Below, one piece after another: positions 38,369 through 41,758 of a stretch of DNA of 41,758 bases (its first letter is position 1; the number at the start of each line of letters is the position of its first letter). The position numbers and the translations under genes were made by a program. The notes below the pieces were generated by a model. The model was not told the DNA's origin. It ran no database searches and was given only the letters and a program-made list of their open reading frames with translations. The DNA is from Thermoplasmata archaeon (GTDB taxonomy: Archaea; Thermoplasmatota; Thermoplasmata; GCA-020350865), in NCBI GenBank assembly GCA_020348445.1, contig CP070751.1:997451-1039208 (forward strand), given 5' to 3'.

Positions 38369-39015
38369 TACCCAGCCAATATATTTTCCATTAGCCGTTC
38401 TTCAGCTTTTCTCAGATGTTCTAGGGCGGTACCTTTACTGATTCCAATTTTTTGTGCTAATTCTTCTGATTTAATTTTTCTGGGATATGTATAATATCCA
38501 TGCTTTTTGGCAGCAACAAGGACTTCCCTTTGTTTTTCAGTTAAAACCGAAAGAATATCATGCTTCTGGTATGCTGCTTTTTGAAAGCTCAAATTCACGA
38601 CTTCGCCATAATTTTTCATTAACTCAACGAATTTCGATATACTCTGCTGATCGCCAATGCAGCTATATGTGCGTTTATCCTCTGAAAAGACCATAGGTGT
38701 GGTCCAGATCAACTCCATCTTAAACTCTATATAATGGTGCATGAACTCTTTTGGATTTTGGATCTTAACAATACAAGTATGCGTATTCCCCTCGGATTTT
38801 AGAATGTTAAGTATCTCCATAAGATCAGGTACTTTCACATCCTGAAGTGGAATACCACTTTTTGTATTACATTCCATCACACCTATCGTAACACCATCTT
38901 CATAATCTAACCTCAACACCTCCAGGACCTCATAGGATTGGATTTTTTCAAAAATTGGTTTTTGAACTTTTCTTGTCATCTCATTCGGTTCTAATTCTAG
39001 GGTTAACTTTCTCAT
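38365..39015 (-). CDS. HTH_10 (bacterio-opsin activator-type) transcriptional regulator
   Basis: LTEKQREVLVAAKKHGYYTYPRKIKSEELAQKIGISKGTALEHLRKAE. Confidence 0.9.
   Translation of the reverse strand: MRKLTLELEPNEMTRKVQKPIFEKIQSYEVLEVLRLDYEDGVTIGVMECNTKSGIPLQDVKVPDLMEILNILKSEGNTHTCIVKIQNPKEFMHHYIEFKMELIWTTPMVFSEDKRTYSCIGDQQSISKFVELMKNYGEVVNLSFQKAAYQKHDILSVLTEKQREVLVAAKKHGYYTYPRKIKSEELAQKIGISKGTALEHLRKAEERLMENILAGY
38367..38423. repeat. 57-bp perfect direct repeat, copy 1 (3' end of HTH_10 gene)
   Basis: AATACCCAGCCAATATATTTTCCATTAGCCGTTCTTCAGCTTTTCTCAGATGTTCTA, identical to 41603..41659. Confidence 0.9.
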
Positions 39016-39126
39016 GGTATCATTATCTGAATCAGCGTCTGGGTATTTAAACTACCTCGTATAAATGGCTCAAATTCTTTGTAATTTTAAGACCATAACA
39101 TGAACTAGAAATCAGATCGGAAATAG

Positions 39127-39885
39127 GTGATAAATATGGTAGAAAAAAATAATAGGGAAAAATCGACAAAAGTTAAAGGGAATGAAATTGCGAAAGAAAA
39201 GGTGAAGAAAATGGATTCATACAGGAAAACTGCAATAATTGTGGGAGTATTATTTATAACTGCCACAGTTGCTTACTCATTTGGTATGTTAATTTTAGAC
39301 CCAATTCTAGGTAGTTCAAATTATCTTACTAAGGCTTCTGAAAATGAAAACCAAGTGATATTAGGAGCGTTTCTTGTGTTAATTGATGCCGTTGCAGTTG
39401 CTGGTATTGGAATAATGATATATCCAGTCCTAAAAAAGCATAATGAAGCTTCAGCTCTTGGGTACGCAGGTGCCAGGATTGCCGAGGGCATACTCTTTAT
39501 TGTTAATGTAATCTTCATACTAACACTATTGACATTAAGTCAGGAATTTGTAAAGGCAGGAGCACCGGATGCTTCCTATTATCAAACCTTAGGCACTGTA
39601 TTACTCGCAGCAGGTGACTGGGCCTTTTTGCTTGGGTTTGGAGTCGCTTTTACCATATCCGCCCTGATTTTGAACTATCTGCTTTATCAATCAAAACTCG
39701 TTCCCAGATGGTTGTCAGGTTGGGGTTTTGTTGGAGCAGCATTGCTGTGGGTATATTATTTGTTACAGTCTTTCAGTATTAATCAAGTTGATATTTTATT
39801 TCTTCCAATAGCCGTGCAGGAAATGGTATTTGCGGTATGGCTGATAGTTAAAGGATTCAATCCATTAGCAATTGCTTCCGGGTAA
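39127..39885 (+). CDS. DUF4386 family membrane protein
   Basis: RKTAIIVGVLFITAT, YPVLKKHNE..ALGY...RI.E, LYQSKLVPRWLS.WG, P..VQEMVFAVWLIVKGF. Confidence 0.88.
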   Translation: MINMVEKNNREKSTKVKGNEIAKEKVKKMDSYRKTAIIVGVLFITATVAYSFGMLILDPILGSSNYLTKASENENQVILGAFLVLIDAVAVAGIGIMIYPVLKKHNEASALGYAGARIAEGILFIVNVIFILTLLTLSQEFVKAGAPDASYYQTLGTVLLAAGDWAFLLGFGVAFTISALILNYLLYQSKLVPRWLSGWGFVGAALLWVYYLLQSFSINQVDILFLPIAVQEMVFAVWLIVKGFNPLAIASG

Positions 39886-39946
39886 GTAAAAACAAATATA
39901 AACGAAGATTGAATGACCAAGTCAAAGTAAAATAAGAGGAATAATT

Positions 39947-40924
39947 ATGAAAGCAATTGTATATGAAAAATACGGACCACCAGAAGTTCTCCAGATAAAA
40001 GAGCTAGAAAAACCAACGCCCAGGGACAATGAAGTACTGATAAGAAATCATGCGACAACAGCAACGAAATTCGATTGTTGGATGCGAAGCAGCACAGCCC
40101 CTCCCGGATTCGGACTCCTAATGCGATTAGCCACCGGTTTCAGAAGACCAAAGCAACCTATACTTGGGACAGAGCTAGCCGGGGAAATTGAAGCTGTGGG
40201 CAAGGATGTAACGCTATTTTCGAAAGGTGACCAGGTTGTTGGATACCTAGGGATGAGTTTGGGCGCTTATGTTGAGTACATATGTCTGCCAGAAGACGGG
40301 GTGCTGGCTAGAAAACCAGCCAATATAACCTATGAGCAAGCTACTGCCGTTCAAGGAGCATTGACAGCATTGTATTTCCTAAGAAAAGCAAATATCCAAA
40401 GTGGACAAAAGGTCCTTGTCTTTGGAGCTTCTGGAGGGGTAGGTTATTTTGCGGTACAGCTTGCTAAACATCTTGGAGCAGAAGTTACTGGGGTATGCAG
40501 TACCCCAAAATTAGAATTTGTGAAATCTCTGGGAGCCGATTCGGTAATTGACTACACCAAAGAGGATTTTACCAAACGCAGTGATACTTATGACATTATT
40601 TTGGATACCGTAGGTAAAAGTCCATTTTCAGGTAGCGTAAAATCATTAAAAAAAGAAGGAAAATATGTTTTTACTACCTATGGAATACCGCGAATTATTC
40701 GAGTAATGTGGCTTAATCTGACAAGTGGTAAAAAAGGAATGAGTGGCCTTTTGGAAGAAACAACTGAGGATCTAACTTTCATACTGAAGCTTATAGAAAC
40801 AGGGAAGCTAAAAACGGTCATAGATAGGAGTTATCCCTTGGAGCAGGCTTCTGAGGCTCACAGGTATGTGGAAACATGGCAGAAAAAGGGAAATGTAGTA
40901 ATTACTGTGGAACAGGAGGAATAA
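39947..40924 (+). CDS. NAD(P)-dependent MDR-family oxidoreductase (zinc-independent, quinone-reductase-like)
   Basis: [63 protein letters not shown]; no Zn-ligand cysteines. Confidence 0.9.
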   Translation: MKAIVYEKYGPPEVLQIKELEKPTPRDNEVLIRNHATTATKFDCWMRSSTAPPGFGLLMRLATGFRRPKQPILGTELAGEIEAVGKDVTLFSKGDQVVGYLGMSLGAYVEYICLPEDGVLARKPANITYEQATAVQGALTALYFLRKANIQSGQKVLVFGASGGVGYFAVQLAKHLGAEVTGVCSTPKLEFVKSLGADSVIDYTKEDFTKRSDTYDIILDTVGKSPFSGSVKSLKKEGKYVFTTYGIPRIIRVMWLNLTSGKKGMSGLLEETTEDLTFILKLIETGKLKTVIDRSYPLEQASEAHRYVETWQKKGNVVITVEQEE

Positions 40925-40927
40925 TAA

Positions 40928-41530
40928 ATGAATTTAATTAGTGATTTATATAAAATACAAAAAAAAGATCTTAAGAACGCAGTAAATGTACTCAATGATG
41001 CATTTTCTGAAGATTCAATGTGGAAAGAAGTATTTGATGATGAAGATAAGAACCGTGTATTAACTGAAGTAATGGTTAGATTTTGTTTGAAATATGGTAA
41101 TGTCTTATCGACATCAGATAATTTAGAAGGTGTAATGGCAATTACACCTCATGATAAAGATATGACAGCATTGAGAGTTATTCGAAGTGGTGCTTTTTTT
41201 CTTTCTATGAAAATAGCCAGCGAATCAAAGAAAATGAAAGTTCTCAGTAAAGCAATTGAAGAAGCGAAGAAAAGTCTTAATTTAGGCCCAAATATACATC
41301 TATTAATAATGGGCGTTTCACAAGAATTTCAGGGAAAAGGTTTTGGAGGAAAATTATTAAGAGCAGTAATAGAAAAAGCTGAAACAGAAAGAAAGCCCAT
41401 ATATTTGGAGACCCAAAAAGAAGAGAATATTAATTTCTATGAAAAGTATGGATTTTCTGTTAAGAAAAAAATAATTCTTCCAGAACCATTGAATTTACCA
41501 ATGTGGCTAATGGTTCGAGATGTGAAATAA
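40928..41530 (+). CDS. GNAT family N-acetyltransferase
   Basis: MGVSQEFQGKGFGGKLL acetyl-CoA motif, IYLET...NINFYEKYGF. Confidence 0.9.
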   Translation: MNLISDLYKIQKKDLKNAVNVLNDAFSEDSMWKEVFDDEDKNRVLTEVMVRFCLKYGNVLSTSDNLEGVMAITPHDKDMTALRVIRSGAFFLSMKIASESKKMKVLSKAIEEAKKSLNLGPNIHLLIMGVSQEFQGKGFGGKLLRAVIEKAETERKPIYLETQKEENINFYEKYGFSVKKKIILPEPLNLPMWLMVRDVK

Positions 41531-41600
41531 ATTTGATTGCAATTCTTACTGTCTTCTTACTACCTTTGGGCTGCCTAAGCTTTTTCAATGATCATCTCGA

Positions 41601-41758
41601 TCAATACCCAGCCAATATATTTTCCATTAGCCGTTCTTCAGCTTTTCTCAGATGTTCTACAAGTGTGGCTTTACTGATGTTGACCTTTTGTGATAATTGC
41701 TCACTGTTTATCTTTTTGGGATAATCGAAATATCCATATTTCTTGGCAGCAATAAGGA
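41601..41758 (-). CDS. Second HTH_10 regulator, 3' part only (runs off the right edge; not in the ORF track)
   Basis: Manual translation: ...[51 protein letters not shown]. Confidence 0.88.
   Translation of the reverse strand, partial: LIAAKKYGYFDYPKKINSEQLSQKVNISKATLVEHLRKAEERLMENILAGY
41603..41659. repeat. 57-bp perfect direct repeat, copy 2
   Basis: Identical to 38367..38423. Confidence 0.9.

Noticed and set aside
41503-41724. 73-aa plus-strand ORF
   Set aside because: It is antisense to the partial HTH_10 gene, which has clear homology to 38365..39015.
1-41758. CRISPR arrays, tRNA/rRNA genes, IS elements, integrases
   Set aside because: No regularly spaced short repeats, cloverleaf-like or rRNA-like segments, or transposase/recombinase motifs were seen by eye; a tRNAscan/Infernal run would confirm.

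Overview
Archaeal chromosomal window, most consistent with a Thermoplasmata-type organism (inferred from GGTGA/GAGGTGA ribosome-binding sites, ADP-forming acyl-CoA synthetase, HTH_10 regulators and large NosD/CASH surface proteins). The left 13 kb holds two tandem, collinear, giant surface-protein paralogues on the minus strand: a 2,296-aa ORF and a >2,011-aa ORF missing from the ORF track because it runs off the window edge. The latter carries an exact 576-bp internal triplication. Next come acdA/acdB, an AbfD (4-hydroxybutyryl-CoA dehydratase)-like enzyme whose active site appears rewired, a DUF123 GIY-YIG nuclease, a third surface protein and larA. The right half is a mosaic of membrane proteins, regulators, an ABC-2 exporter, an MMPL/RND transporter and an HTH_10-flanked DUF4386/MDR/GNAT cassette bounded by a perfect 57-bp direct repeat. 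I saw no rRNA, tRNA, CRISPR array, integrase or transposase. The strongest leads are the remodelled AbfD-like Fe-S flavoenzyme and the giant surface-protein pair. Family calls come from motif recognition only; no searches were run.
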